In this document: one piece after another, positions 36,301 through 48,380 of the stretch | How positions within the stretch are numbered: the first letter of the stretch is position 1 | Layout of the letters: each line of letters begins with the position of its first letter | NCBI GenBank assembly: GCA_028534125.1 | Contig: CM052825.1 | Location: 620,001 to 684,000, forward strand | Source: Lama glama | Taxonomy: Eukaryota | Length of the DNA: 64,000 nucleotides | Direction: 5' to 3' | Program-made: the position numbers and the translations under genes | The notes under the pieces: generated by a model | The model's database searches: none | Seen by the model: only the letters and a program-made list of their open reading frames with translations | Told to the model about the DNA's origin: nothing

Positions 36301-39300
36301 CCCCTCCGCTGCACAGATGTGACGCTGGAGCTGGGGGTCACAGACCTAGGAGGGGGGAGCGGGCTCGGTGGGGTCCGGACCCCATAGGCAGAACTGTACT
36401 AAGAGCCTACTGGTTGCTGCAGCAGCAATGTCAACAGGAGACTGATTCATAAAACCGCTAACTCTCGGCAAACGTAGAAGTTCCCTCAGATCAGTTTCCG
36501 TGCCACCTATAAACATCGATCCCACACTCCCAAAAGGATGCATGTCGCCGTGTTCCTCGTCCTCAGCCCCAGATAACTCGGCCGTCGTGGACTGGGCACT
36601 GTCAGCTGTTCCAGCACGCGACTGCACGGTGCCCTTACAACAGCCCTACGTGATCAACCCCAATCGCCTCCTCTTGACCATTTCAGAGACAAGCGTGGTG
36701 CCCAAGGTCAAGACCCATCCAGCTGCCCTGCGTAAGCCCAGGCCCACCTGACCAGGCTGTGCTAAGCTCTACCCTACAGGTGGTCTCTGAGCTTGGATGT
36801 GGGGCGGTCAAGCCCCCGGCCCGCAACAAAGACAGGGCACATCCCCCAACACCTGTGCTCCCCTCCTGCTCCCAGTAACAAGGCTCCCATTCTGACTGGG
36901 CTCCTGGCTGTCCAGCTGGAGGTTATGGTCCCAGGGCCCCCACAGCCACATATGGGCGGACAACACAGGGAGGTGGGCAGGGGTGAGTGAGGGGGCATGT
37001 CCACAGGCAGCTTCCTGGTCAGCTCCTCAAGGTGAAGCCACTGACCCTCAACATCTGCTCCACCCAGACCCAACCACACGCCTGGGGTGGGCTCCCTCTG
37101 ACCGGATGCCAGGCAGCCCCACAGGGGTGGCAGGATGGTGGGGAGTGAGGAGTCAGGTCCCTACACAGCCCAGGAAAGACCCCACACTGTGTGACCAACT
37201 TCCACCCTACGTAAGGCACTGATCTGGGATCCCCGTGCTGCAGCGGTCGGCCCACACCAGGACACGTATGTCTGTGAGCTTCCGTCTGTGGCTGGGTTTC
37301 GGCCCCTCCTGCACGCCGAGCCCTGCACTTGGTCATGGCACACAACACTCAGTCCAGACCCACGGCCCGCAGTCACGCAGGGCCTGGGTGGGCCTGGTTC
37401 CAGCCAGCTCACACCTACAGGCCAGGCGGCTGCGTGCTGAGCCCGGAGCCATGGGCAGGGCTCGGTCTGGCCAACAGAGGCTCAGGATGCGCAGACGGCG
37501 TCCTCAGAGCGAAGCTGGGGTCAGTGGTGAGCCAGGACCCCCACCTCCACTTTCACTTCAGTCTTTCAAGAGATCTGAGCACGAACTCAGAGCCGACCCA
37601 GCCTGGAGGTCGGGCCTCCGACAAGCGGGTGTTCGGATACCTACACGTCCACAGCCGCCTTCAGGTGGGCACCCGGGCAGACGAGGGGTCGTCCCCCCAG
37701 CCTGGGAGAGGCAGTGCGGCCCTGGCCCCCAAGGACGGCACGTTCAGAGCAGACACTGTCCGAGCCCCTCACAGCAGGAGACGTGAGCGCCGCGCCTGGG
37801 AAAACCATCTTCAAAGCAGCGACTGTTTTCCCAGCTGTGAGCGCTCCATCCTGGGAAATCTTTTCATACCACTACAAAAATAATTTTGGAAGGACTGAAC
37901 AAATATTCAGCGCAGTCTGTCCACCCTGGCATTCTAGCCCCCAAACTGGGGCGCTTTCTCGTGTACGTCGTCTGATTGGCCAGTGACCAGCGGTCCTGAC
38001 AGCCGTGCGTGACCTCCTCAAACACACGGAGAGTCAACTCCCCTAACTCAGGACAGTGAGCTGGGCAGCTGCCTTTGAACCACGGGAAGCGGACACAGTC
38101 TGAGCAGGAGAAAAGGCAGAGACGGGGGCCTCCCGGGCTCGCCCCGCCGCATCACCACGCACAGCCTGACGGCGAAAGCGCGGGGCAGCCACAGCTGAGG
38201 GGAGCCCCGGCGCTGCGCACGCTCACGGCGGGCGGGGGGACAGGCGCCTGCCACCAACAGTCGTGGCCCCTCTGAGCACAGTTCCCTCAGCCTTTAAAAG
38301 AGCCAGTTTGCACCACAACCAGGGGAGTGCCGGTGACCCGCCGGAGGTTCAGGAGTGACGGCGCGACAAGCCCCTTCCAAAGCCAAGAAGGGGACGGGGG
38401 GCACAGGACGCGTCCAGGAGCACGGGCTCCGGGCCGGCAGCCACGCGGGCCTCCTGCTCGCACAGGCCGGGCCTGAGCAGGGGGCTCCGGGACAAGGGCT
38501 TCTCTCTAAGCGCTCCGCGTTTTCTGTGTTTTCCACGAGGGGTGTGTCCTCCACGTGAAGGGGCGAGGGCAGCTGTGTTTTCAAACGTCAGGTTAAGGAC
38601 AGTGTTAGCAACGCACCGTAACCTGAGCCTGCCTGCCGCGCCCCCTTCACAGAAGGGCTGGAGGGGAAGGCGGGGGTGCAGAGTTGCGATGGGGCCCTTC
38701 CTTTTTGAAACTTTCCTTGTTATTTTGACACCATCTACTCAGGAAACAAGCAAAACACTTACAGGGCGCATAGCACGCGAGCCTGGCTGGAATGAGGTGC
38801 CCCTCCCTTTCATGCTGGACAGCCTTAGATGCCGGGGGAGAGAGCGGGTCCCGCAGGGCGGCCCTGGGACCTCCCCAGACAGAGGCTCATGGGTCCTTCC
38901 AAGGACTCCACGGTGTGTGCAAGCATCAGAGCGAAGCCCCCAGGACGGAGCTAGCCAAGAAATCTGAGTGCCCATGGGTCCTGGCGCGGTGCTGGTGAAG
39001 GGGACAGCAGAGGCCGCTGCCCTGCCCTGCCCGTGGCTGGGGAGGAAAGTGGGGGAGGAGACAGACAGAGGAGTAGGTCCACGGAAAGGTGGCAGACACG
39101 TGGGCTGTGTGAAAGTGTCATGATGTCCTTTTCAGGGGAAGAAGCCAGGCTCACTGGGTGTGGAACTGTGCGAAGCAACCAGAGAAGATCTCCTGGGGGA
39201 GAGGAGACCCTGAGACTGGGCTGCCCCTCAGACAGGCCCACAGTGGGGAGTCCCCGGCAGCCCTCCCCTCGTCTACAGGCCGCTGGACCAGGTGGGTGGG

Positions 39301-42300
39301 CGAGGATGAGGGGGCCCAGGCACAGTGCACACCTGGCTGGCAGGGAGGCCAGAGGGACCCAGAAGATGCCGGTGGGAGCAGAAAGCGCCCCGCTCGCCGT
39401 CACGGCCGTCCCAGGAGGAGCTGAGAGAAGAGCAGGTGTGGACGGTCACCCCGACCCTGGCCAGGTCCACTCTCTGAGCGGACGGGCCAGACCCTGGAGC
39501 TGGCGCTCAGCTTCCGTGTTCTCCACCCAGAGCGCAGGCCCGACGTCCCTCCAAGGCCTGGCGCGCGTCTCCCCACCGCTGAAAGCTCCGGGGCACGGCC
39601 CTTGGGCTCCGGGAAGTCACTGCACGTAGCCTCTCGTCACGGAGACTGGTGCTTGGAGCCCCTAGAATGGAGCCAGCTCAGCCCCGACAGCTCCCACACC
39701 GTCATCTCACGCACACGGGAAAAGAACAAAGACTTCATTTTTCATCCTTCCCCAGCTCGGTTTTTCACTAGAACAAGAATGCTGAAAACACACTGTACTA
39801 GCTGAAAACATTTGTCCAGACGCCCCCCTGGACCAGGTGCTCCCTTTCCAATGAGTGCGTCCCTCCTCAGCCCTAAGTAACCGCAGCCTCCTCCCTCGTG
39901 TTTGCCGCCATCTGCCGACGGCCGCCCGGGGCTCCTATGCTCCCTCAGGGCTGGGCCCAGCCTGGGTCCCCACGGTCACACGGCCCCCGCTGACCCTGCT
40001 GACTGCCCCCCATCGGTGCGCCTCCCCCGCGGCTCCTCCTCCCCTCTCCGGACGTCCTGTCGCTGCGACCCTGAATCCAGCGTGGGTCTGTTTTCATTTA
40101 CTTTTTGGGACTCAAACTGCTCCTTTGGAGCACAAACATGGTCTTTCATCCACTTCACAGACCCCTGGGCACTTTTTCCCTCAAAGAGCCCCCCCATCGT
40201 CTGCTCTCAGCTTCCTCCTGCTGACCACGGGCTGGCTCTCCACCCCGCCCTCCGGCCACGTCCAGCCTGGCGCTCAGCCTGTCCACCCGGGCCCTGATTT
40301 CCAGGCTTTTACCTTCAGTTTTCCGTCTGGTTCCTTCTCCCGCTGGGGGTGAGGTCAAGGAAGGCGCGCCTGCTCCCCGCGCCCGCAGACTCTCACCCCG
40401 AACTCCCGCGAGCCCTGCCACGACCCTGGGACGGTTTCCCCTTGGGGGCGTGCTTCTCTGCCGTGGAAGCTGCTCTCCTGCGGGGGTGTGCACTGGTTTC
40501 GCCGCAGGTTCCAGGAATTTCACTGGTCCAAGCAGGCCTGTGTGTCCGTCTCCGGCTGGGGGCCCCACGCTGCAGGTGAGGGCAGATCTGGGTCTGGTAC
40601 TGACACCTGCCACAGCCCGGGACGACGTGCCCTGCCCACCCTGCCCACTGTGGGCGGTCTTCTAACTCACATTTGAGCTGGCTCTCGGCTGCGGGGCAGG
40701 GAGCCCAGTCCACTGCCTGCCGTGGGTGTGGGCCTGGCCCCGACGGTGAGCGCACGGCCTGCAGAGACGCCCAGTCTCAAGGTCCCGGCCCCACGTTCCC
40801 CGCTGCCGCGCACGCCCCCGCCCCTGAGCCAGCCCTGCTGCAGACGTCTGTGCTCTCCCAGCATCTTCCTGGGCCGACCGAGCCACCACGGTGACGGAAG
40901 TTCTGTGAGCGTGCTACTGGAACTCCTGCGATGAGCTCCCACTACTTCAACCTGGCTGAGACTCGGGAGCCTAGAGGTCACCTTGAGGGTGCGGCCAGAC
41001 ACGTGGCAGCAGGGCCTCACCCGCCTCGCCCCCGGCGCACACAGTGCCCACTGTCGCCTAAGGCCGAGGTTAACACACTGCGGGCGTCCAGGCCCAGACC
41101 CTCGAGCACAGTGAGTGTGGCTCCCAGGCTTCTGGATGGTCTGCTGGCTACACAGCAGAGCCCGCGTGGGGCTAAGGCTGCGGGCCCCCCACCCGCCAGG
41201 CCCACTTCCGGAGTCCACTCACCACCGCAGCTCAGGGCCCAGGGTTCACCTTCCCACGCAGATGCCAGCAGACACCTGTCCACAGCAGCCGCCTCCCCCT
41301 TCTCTGTGCCGGAGGGGACCCACCACAGCCATCGAAGCCCCACACGCTGCTGGGAAGGGCTCATCACTGAGCACCGTGCGGGTGCCAGGGCCACACCAAT
41401 GAGCGTGTGTCCGCGGGGCAGCGAGACCGGCAGCCAGCAAATGCGACGCTGCCCGGCCTCCCCGCACGGGCCCTCTGCCCCGGCCAGGAGGCTGAGCGAA
41501 CCGACAGCCATCCCAAGAGGCACACTGGGCGCCAGAGATGCCTGGAAATCGGACCAGGCCCAGATCAGCGGCCAGTGGCTGGCGACCCCCACGCCGCCGA
41601 TCTTAGCTTCCCGCTAAAATGCCTTTGGAGGCACAAGACATAAAAGGACACACGTCACAGTAACAGCTAAGCTCCAGCCCTGTCACCAGAGTTCCGGAGG
41701 GGATGCAACAGACCACGTTCCCACGAGCAGGAGCCCACCTGCGAGGCCCCTCCTCTCGTCTGCATGTCCTGCTGGGGGCGGCAGCGGCGGGGCGCAGGCC
41801 TCACAGAAAAGAGATGAGAGGTCCTCCCACCTTCCTACACAGACCGGAGAAACGCAAGGGCCCATCGGGGCGTTGTGGGGGCCGGGGGCCGGAGTGCGGG
41901 CAGAGCGCGGGCCTGAGCCAGCAAGGTGTGGCCAGCCCTCCAGCCCCAAGTGGCTGAGGGGCTGTCCGCTTAGGCCAAAGGCCATAAACCAAAATAACTT
42001 GGCTGGAAAAATATCTGAAACGTTAAGGAAAGACAAAGAGCTCTCAGCATAACAAGTGTTTTCCCAAATTCAACAGAGTGGAAGGCCTTTGCAACAGAAT
42101 TGGTAAAAACACAGAAAGACAAAGCAGTTAAAACCACCTGAACGACCTCTGTCAGAAAGATACGACGCGGGCGCCACGCGGGTGGAAAGCCAGCACTTCC
42201 GCCGGGGAGACACCGAGGACGGACCCCAGAACGCCAGCCGCGGCGCTCTCTCGGGTGGGAGGGGTGGGCTCTCCGGCTGTTTCTGCGTGTTTGCCTGCAT

Positions 42301-42909
42301 TTTTTTAAGTAGAGGCCATGTATGGCTCAGGAAAAATAACAAACACTGCTTTTAAAAATTACATTTTGCTGAGCTATTTTCTGCTGGCCACGAGGAAGCA
42401 GCACTCACAACGCCCAGGGCACGGGCGTGAGCACAGCTGGGCGGGGGAGCGGGCCCGCTTCCCGCGGCCCGGGCTGCACCCTGCCCGGTCTCCACGGCAG
42501 CGGCGCAGCTGACCGGCTTCCAGCTCTTCTGTTAACAGCCCAGAGCTGACAAATGAGATGAGAACACCCATCCTAGAGACGGCGCAGCACACCAGCTCGT
42601 GGCCGGCCTTTCAGCGGGCCCCAGCCCCCACACTGTAGGAGGACGAGGCCCCCCACCAGGCCGGGAGAAGCCCCCCAGGCAGTTTCTGGGATCGATAAAG
42701 CCGACAGCACGCGCACCAGCACAGCCTGGAAAAGCGGTCTGCACTCTGGTCTCCCACCCCCCAGGACGGCTCAGACTGCCCCTTCAACGTGCGCACCGGG
42801 GTCAGAAAGACCGAACCTCGTTAGAGATGGCGAAGCAGCGCCGGCCGGTGAAGCTGCAGAGACGCCGGACCTCTCCTGCGATGACAGGGGTGTGAAGCGA
42901 GGCCGCCAC

Positions 42910-43240
42910 GCTGGAGTCAGGTCGCGGTCACACCCCAGGCACTGGGTGTTCACAGCACTTCACTCCCAAAAGCGAAGATGGGAAACCACCGAAATGCCCT
43001 TTGTGGAGGCACAGGGAGCCGTGTGGGGACAACGTCTCTGCATCACGACCGTGGGGGCAGTCAGACACCTACGCCCGCGATCAAACTGCACGGAAGAGCA
43101 CGTGCAAAACTAGTGGCATCAGAACGCGCTCTGGGGGCTGCACCAGTGTCCCCTCCTGGCTGTGACACCACAGTCTCCCTGACGGGGACACTCGGCCCAG
43201 GGAGCTTACTGTGTAATCTGCAGTTCTTTCAGAAATAAAT
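42910..43240 (+). mobile_element. old LINE-1 3' fragment
   Basis: gtgttcacagcacttcac...aaaccaccgaaatgccc and ctgtgtaatctgcagttctttcagaaataaa are L1M-like. Confidence 0.45.
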
Positions 43241-43440
43241 ATGAAGAGAACATAGAAGCAAGCACCCCACTGGTCACATGTGACCAGGCCCTCAACCAAC
43301 ACTGAGCTCACCTCCCCACCCGGCCAGGGGACCTGCGCTCAGAGAGGGCTCCGCCCCAGCCACACCAGACGCTATCATGACCACCAAGCTCCAACGGGGA
43401 CGGAGGACGGAGAGGATCTGGAAGCTGGAAGGGCCTCAGA

Positions 43441-43479
43441 AGTCCCAGCAGGAGTCCCTCCAGCAGGAGTCCCTCCAGC
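43441..43479. repeat. short tandem repeat of a 15-bp unit (ggagtccctccagca)
   Basis: agtcccagcaggagtccctccagcaggagtccctccagc. Confidence 0.7.
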
Positions 43480-44238
43480 GCCTCCCCTGAAACGCACCAC
43501 GTCTCAGCCTGAGCTCTGCCAGGACCAGACAGACGCCCGCCTGGGCTCACCCGGCGGCTGGGCTCCGGCCCACAGCCCTCCCTCCCTGTGACGCCCACTC
43601 ACCACTCCTGGTCCAGAGCTCTCCTGCGATGACAAGGGTGTGAAGTGAAGCGAGGACGGCGAGGGGTGCAGAACCCCCGCGACCGAGGTGGCCCCATGAG
43701 GACTGGAAGGCAGGGCCTGTACCTCGATCACCCTGAGGCCAGCTTCACAGTCCGGGGAAGTCCAGCCCCCCAACCCCCGCCCGCCTGCCCCACAGCAAAA
43801 GCTCCTTTGGTGGTTCAACCTCCATCCCCGCAGACGCTAATTCCCCACTCAAACCAAAGGTGCTCTGGCAGCTCACGAGGCCCCGTTCCTCCTCTAACTA
43901 GGCCCCTGCTGGCGGTGCCTACGGCAGCTTTCCCATGGCAGCCATGGACCCAAGAGTCGCCAACCATCCTGGATAGGCCACGGGCCCTTCTGTCCTGCGG
44001 TGATTTGCGGGCGGCCTGGTGGGCAAGGGGATGGAGCGGAGCCTGGGGCCCTGGGGAGGGTCCACCAGCGGCTGACTTGGGGGGCCCCCCGCACCCCTGG
44101 TGCTACGCCCTCCCGCCGGGCTGGCCCCCGCCCACCGCCTGTGCGCACGGCCCAGACGCCCGTCTCCACTAGGCTGTGGGCTCACTGTGAGGTCCGCTTT
44201 CTTGAGACACGCTCACCTTTTGAGAGAAGTAAGATCCA

Positions 44239-44316
44239 GAGAGGGTACAGCTCAGCGGAGCACGTGCTTAGCCTGCATGAGGTCCTGGGCTCAATTCCCA
44301 GCACCTCCATTAAAAA
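44239..44316 (+). mobile_element. tRNA-derived camelid SINE (Vic-1 type), short copy
   Basis: gagggtacagctcag...gtgcttagcctgcatgaggtcctgggctcaattcccagcacctcc plus an A tail. Target-site duplication aagatcca at 44231-38 and 44317-24. Confidence 0.85.
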
Positions 44317-45429
44317 AAGATCCAAAGAGATGTGTCCAACATCGTAATAAAGCTTAACCGGTTTTTTAGGAGACAGGTTCTCATGGGGAGGGCTGGCTTG
44401 TTTTCAATCATATTTGGATTTTAAATTTTTCCAAGGGTTTTCCCGGCGTGTGTTGAGAGGCCAACCTCAGAGCAAAGCTCACCTTCAGGTGGCGACTGGC
44501 ACGCTGTCTGCCGCAAACAGCAGGTGAGAGAAGTCAGGGAAAACCACGAACTCCTCCCAAGGCAGAGGCCGCCCCACCACTGCGTTCTCTCGAGCCATGT
44601 GCGATTTCCCCACCCAACAAGGGACTGATGTGGTTGTAAACACAGACACTGAGCAACGTGGCAAGTTAACCATGGATCTAAAAACAAATAAAATTTCACA
44701 TGCCTCCTGTTTTCTTGCAGGAAAAGCCAGTGCAAATCACTATAAATAGACGGACACCTTGCAGCCCCGGAACCTCCTCTCGACCCCACCGTGCCTCACG
44801 CACCCACACGCCACGGAACTTGGCAGGTGACTAGAATCTGTTGGAAGCACGCGTGACGACAAACACCCCTGTAAGCCATGGCACACCGAAACAACAACGC
44901 AGCGCTGAGCGGAAGCCTCCATCCGCAGCAGCGCAGAGGCCCCATCTCTGATACGTACTTGCCGAGCAAGCTGAGCGTCCTCGTTTGACCTCAGGGAGCT
45001 GCTGCTACGTCTCATCAGTTACAGGACAGTTAGGCTATGGGTCAACGTGGAGCTTGTGAGGAAGCAGGAGTGGAAGTCAAGTCAGGCGGCCGGCTGGGCC
45101 AAGGAGACGGGATTCAGAAAGAAACTGGGGAAGCGTGGCAGGAGGGGCAGGCCCGGCACGTGGCTGAGTCAGGACAGAGGGGAGGCCGGGGAGCCGAGAG
45201 CCCGGGGAGCCGAGAGCCCGGGAGACCCCCACCGGGGCAGTGGCTGCGGCTCTGTGCGGGCCAGCCCATCTCCCAGGTGTCCGGCGGCACTGGGACGCAG
45301 GAGATGGACAACCCAGGCTCGCCTGTGTCTACACTGGGCCCAGCCCCGGCCACTCCCCCCCTCAGAAGCCTGCCCGCTCTCTTCGGAGAAGGTCACGTGA
45401 TTTTGGCGAGTGACACAAACCACCACCAA

Positions 45430-46040
45430 TAAACCACAAAAGATTTGTCATGAAATCTGAAAGTTGATTCCAAAACTCACACAAACAGAACATATACGAC
45501 AAAGGCCAAGAACCCCAACAGCACCTGCGACACGAGGGGTGTGGGGGCGGGGCGCCGTGCTCAGGCCCCGCCCACCACACATCCAAGGGACCGAAGCAGG
45601 CTTGTCAGCAAAAACGGCTCATGAACGTTCACAGAGCGCCATGCACACTGCCACAAGGTGGAAAGAGCCTGAAGATGACCGAGTGTGTCCATGTGAATGT
45701 GCCTGAACATGCGTGTGCTGCGTGCCCGTGTCCATGTGCGTGCACGTGTCCGTGTGCACGTGTGTGTTCATACAAAAGCACAGCCTCAGCCAGACGGAAG
45801 GGGTGAGCGCTGGCACACACAGCGTGGCCGAGTCTCGGAAGCAGGATGCTGAGCGAGGGAAACCAGACACACGCCGCTCGACTCCTACCGGAAGCGTCCG
45901 GAACAGGGAATCCAGAGGGAAAGTGATGGGGGGGCCGGGGCGGGGGTGCAGTCAGGAGTGACCAGTGGGAGTGACCAGGGTTCCCTCCAGGTGACGGGAG
46001 TGTTCTGGAACGAGGCAGGCTGAAGGTTGCACAGCATCAT
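45430..46040 (+). mobile_element. degenerate LINE-1 remnants
   Basis: aagttgattccaaaactc...aggccaagaa, atgaacgttcacagagcg...aaggtggaaagagcc and gtgttctggaac...ggttgcacagc are L1M-like. Boundaries approximate. Confidence 0.45.
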
Positions 46041-47329
46041 CCTTCACTTACTTGCTGCTTCAGGGTGGCCAGCTGTGTACCACGTGCCTTCACCCCGACG
46101 CTGGGCGAAGTCGCACACAGATGGGGTCTTGCTCTGCCAGACGCGGGCACCTCACATTCCTGCCCCAAGAAGAGGGACACCCGCGCAGTCAGCTCCCATC
46201 AGGACGCTGGACCTTTAACTCATGTCACCAGACCCTGCCCAGCTCAGTCTCTCAGCATTTCTCTGTCTCTGGACACCAACAATCCCTGTTTTTTAAAATA
46301 TGAACTACATCCCTGAGCAACCAACACTTTAAAAACCTGAACTACCTTAAAAAGGCCCCGTGACTGTCTGCTTTCAGTCTGGACAAATAGACGGAAGACA
46401 GACGCACTGCGTGGGGAAGAGCAGCGAGAGAGACACTGCCGCTCTGACAACTGGGCGAAGGCAGACGACCCCCGCGAGAGTGAGCAACGGGGCTGAGCAG
46501 GCCTCTCTCCAAAGACAGTTGCACTGAAAAGCTGCCTGCCGGCGTCAGCCACAGGGGACACCGAGTCACAGCCCTGGGCGACACCACCCGCACCTGCCCG
46601 GGCGGCCGAGGTCACAACCACGGAGTCACAGGGCTCGACGGCAGGGGGAGGACACACGACCCCAAATCTACCCCCGGAAACACAAAGATGCAACACGTGT
46701 CTCACAAAACCGTGTGTTCACAGCTGCACCAGCCCTAACACACCAAGCGAGCAGAAGTAAGGGGCAGACAGCCTGCTCCCACGTGTGTAAACGCGCGAGC
46801 ACACACCCAGACACACACCTGCACAGAAAGACGTCTAGAGAGAGACCCAGAAACTCCTGTGGGGGGAACACAGGAAACTGGTTAAAGGTCAAAGCACCGT
46901 ACAAAAAAAAAAAAAACAAAAATAGATTAGCAGAGCAGAATGCAGACTCTAGAAAACTTGGAGAAGGATTAACTTTTTTCTATAGGACAGGATATTCAAT
47001 AAATGATATGGGACAGCTCGTTCTTTTACAGAAAAATGATGTCAGATTCCTACCTCGCATAAATCACAAATTTTACTTAGTTTAAAAAACAAAACGTAAA
47101 AATCAAATCTAACAAATGCGGAGAAAATCTTTAAGAAAGCAGATGAATAACTGATTGTAGGAGAGAGGACGTCTCAAGGGGAAGACACCACAAAGCAAAG
47201 CAGACGGACAGACTCCCCCGCACGCAACGGCAGGCCCGTCGGAAGCAAAGTCAGAGGCAAGAAGCCCCCGGGAGACGGCACGTGGAACGCGCACAAAACA
47301 CCTCTCTGAAAAGGGCAATCAATTCAACA

Positions 47330-48380
47330 GAAAAACAGGCACGAGCCGAGCCGAGGAGATTCACAGCAGACAAGCAGTTAACAGCTACTGGAAGCGCCTG
47401 TCTCACCGCTGACTAGGAAGACATAAACTAAAACCAGATGCCACTCCTCACTCCCCAGATCAGCAAAAATAAAAGATGGGTAGGACTCAGTGTGGCCTGT
47501 CATGCCAGGAAGCTCGTGTCTCGCTGTAAACGGTGCGTCTCCCAGGGCAACAGCACACACGCACACAACTGACACCCTGGTCTCCGCCCCGCGTTTCCAC
47601 CGGGGAAGCGAGGTTAGCGACCATTAACGGGGGACACGAACTGTGCCGCAGCAGCAGTGGGACGTCGGGCGGAGTTCAGAGGGGCAAGGCAGGTCCATAC
47701 GCGCCGACCCAGAAACGTCTCGGGGACCGAGTTGGCCCACGTGGCACGTTAACAGACAGCACAGCCCCCGGGAGCAAAACCGGCAGACTGGGCTCCACCA
47801 AAATGCAAAACTTCTGCTCTTCAGAGGAAACGGGAGGGCCAGCTGCACTGTGAGAAAACAAATCTGCAGAACGAAAGTCTGATGAAGGACTTGTGCCCAG
47901 AATGCACACTTCACCCCACGACCTGTCATCCAGGAATGCGAATTCAAGCTACCAGAACCTGTCATTTAAACGCGTAGAGTCCACTCTACTTCAATTATAC
48001 CTCAATAAAGCTGCTTTTTAAGAAAAGCTACTCCCACAAGAGAGGCCAAAATGACAAACACACTAACAACGTCACGTGTGGACACACAGAGCCCCTGGAG
48101 CCCTCCCAAGGCCGGCGGGGTGCCCGGGGTACAGCCTCCCTGGAACATCGCTCAGCCGTTCCCCACAAGAGTAAACACGCACTTACCACTGGATCCAGCC
48201 CAGTCCTAGGAATCCACCCAAGAAAAATGAAAACAGAGTGCTTTGGACACAGACATTCGCGGCACAGTCGTAACAGTTGCAAACTGGAAACAAGCCAAAC
48301 GTCCAAACACCTGTGGAAGGAGATGACCCGACGCGTGACGCAAGTCCGAAGGGCCGTTACTCAGCCACGGAAAGGAGAGA
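47330..48380 (+). mobile_element. degenerate LINE-1 ORF2 end / 3' UTR remnants
   Basis: aaaaccagatgccac, aaaatgcaaaacttctgctcttcaga, caattatacctcaataaagctg, atccagcccagtcctaggaatccacccaagaaaaatgaaaac and aaactggaaacaagccaaacgtcca. Confidence 0.6.

Noticed and set aside
35409-36452. 347-aa ORF
   Set aside because: GTG start, no domain or codon structure, GC-rich intron.
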